NCBI GenBank assembly: GCA_030390025.1
Contig: CM059431.1
Coordinates: forward strand, 103,666,001 to 103,730,000
Source: Squalus acanthias
Taxonomy: Eukaryota
Direction: 5' to 3'
DNA length: 64,000 nucleotides
Made by a program: the position numbers and the translations under genes. Within the stretch, counting starts at the first letter, position 1. Each line of letters opens with the position of its first letter. Below, in pieces: positions 62,741-64,000 of the stretch. The notes below the pieces were generated by a model. It made no database searches and was not told the origin of the DNA. It saw nothing but the letters and a program-made list of their open reading frames with translations.

Positions 62741-63560
62741 GGGGGGCGATTTTCGACGGCTCCTTTAGGCACTAAAGAGCCTCCGAGATGGCCAAGATGG
62801 GGTCTTGCGCTGAAACGCCGGTTTAGCCCACGTTTATCACAAGGCGCCATCTTGGTAAAGGAGTTGAAGCGCGTGCTAGGGACGGACACCCGTTGGAGCT
62901 TTGAGGGGCTGATAGTGCTCATTAACGAGGCTGCACGGCATTTTGGTGTCTAGCACTTGAACTAACGCCCTCTCCTAACGGCCTGCTAGTGCTCATTAAC
63001 GAGGCTGCACGGCATTTTGGTGTCTAGCACTTGAACTAACGCCCTCTCCTAACGGCGACAAGCTGATTAGGAGTTAACAAGTCATTGTTGAGGATTTCGA
63101 GCTCTACCTAGAGGTACATCACCGTTTACTGTTCACTTGCTGCTGAAGGTTTGAAGAGGACTTTTGAAAGACATCGGGAGACTTTCTGGGACACTTTGTC
63201 AAGACCTCACCAACACTCTATCAACATTTATTACGGAAATACTCTTAGGACTTCACCTAAAAAGAGTAAGTGCTGTGCTGCTCTACCTTATTGGACACCT
63301 TATAGGAGTCACCATCTTGCTCGGGGTCCCCCTTGGGGAGGAAGGAATGTGAGGAGGACTTGAGGCCAGGCAGACCAGCTGCTGCAGGAGAGAGGGACAG
63401 GAGGGACAGGAGGGCGAGGTGGACTCCTTCCCCCCTGCGGGTACAGGACATCCCTCGTCCTCTGGACCTCCTCCAACAGAACCTCCAGTGCCGCGTCCGA
63501 GATCCTGTGCGCCCTCTCACTCGGTCCCCGAGCCATCTATCGAGCACTCTGTCAACTCAT
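62741..63560 (-). mobile_element. Degraded Harbinger derivative with a Myb-like N-terminus
   Basis: ERAHRISDAALEVLLEEVQRTRDVLYP; GGGGGCGATTTT end; internal 70-bp tandem duplication (62913-62982, 62987-63056). Confidence 0.7.
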
Positions 63561-64000
63561 GTTGAAAACCATGATCCTTTATACACCATATTTTGACTAC
63601 ATCAAAGGAAAATGTCAAAATGACGTACCTATTTCCCAAATCCTTTGAAAACCGAATATCTATGTAAGCAGTTTGCAATTGTTTACCTCAGAACCACTCC
63701 CCCTACACGAGACTTCCTGACTTAACATTTGCTAGCATCTTTGAAGTCAAAGTTGTACCAACAGGTACCTGTAGCTAATGGATCCCTCCCCATGTTTTAT
63801 TACCCTAAAACTAAACCATTCATGGGTGACGTCATTACTCACACTTATTCCCTTAAACAAGCACTTTATATCTCAGAAAACACGCAATGCATTCCTTTTA
63901 CCACACTTCAAAGTCATCCTGTTTATATCTGGGAAAGCCTGTTGCTTTAAGATACAAAGAAGTTCGACCGTTAACCCTTAACTCCCCAAGATGTCCAACA

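Overview
Eukaryotic, very repeat-dense DNA. The repeat inventory (Deu-domain SacSINE1-like SINEs, CR1/HER1-type LINEs, L2, RTE, Penelope-like palindromes, Harbinger MITEs) points to a cartilaginous fish (shark-like) genome; this is inference from family resemblance. I could not identify any host protein-coding gene, and almost every ORF in the track is a transposon fragment or its antisense shadow, so the window looks intronic or intergenic. Best-supported structures: (1) a structurally complete 4.16-kb PIF/Harbinger transposon (40694-44854; TIRs, TAT TSD) with an intact 3-exon Myb/SANT gene, a transposase carrying a single in-frame TAG, and two MITE derivatives nearby; (2) a young Gypsy LTR element (53950-57129, minus; 194-bp LTRs differing at 2 sites; CACTT TSD) with open RT-RNaseH-IN, deleted gag/protease, and a non-tRNA primer-binding site complementary to its own LTR; (3) an ORF1-only Tx1/L1-like element inserted in a SINE A-box; (4) two families of short Penelope-like insertions carrying minimal hammerhead ribozymes, one apparently enclosing a copy of DNA from 11 kb away; (5) a probable solo LTR. 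Boundaries of degenerate repeats are approximate.
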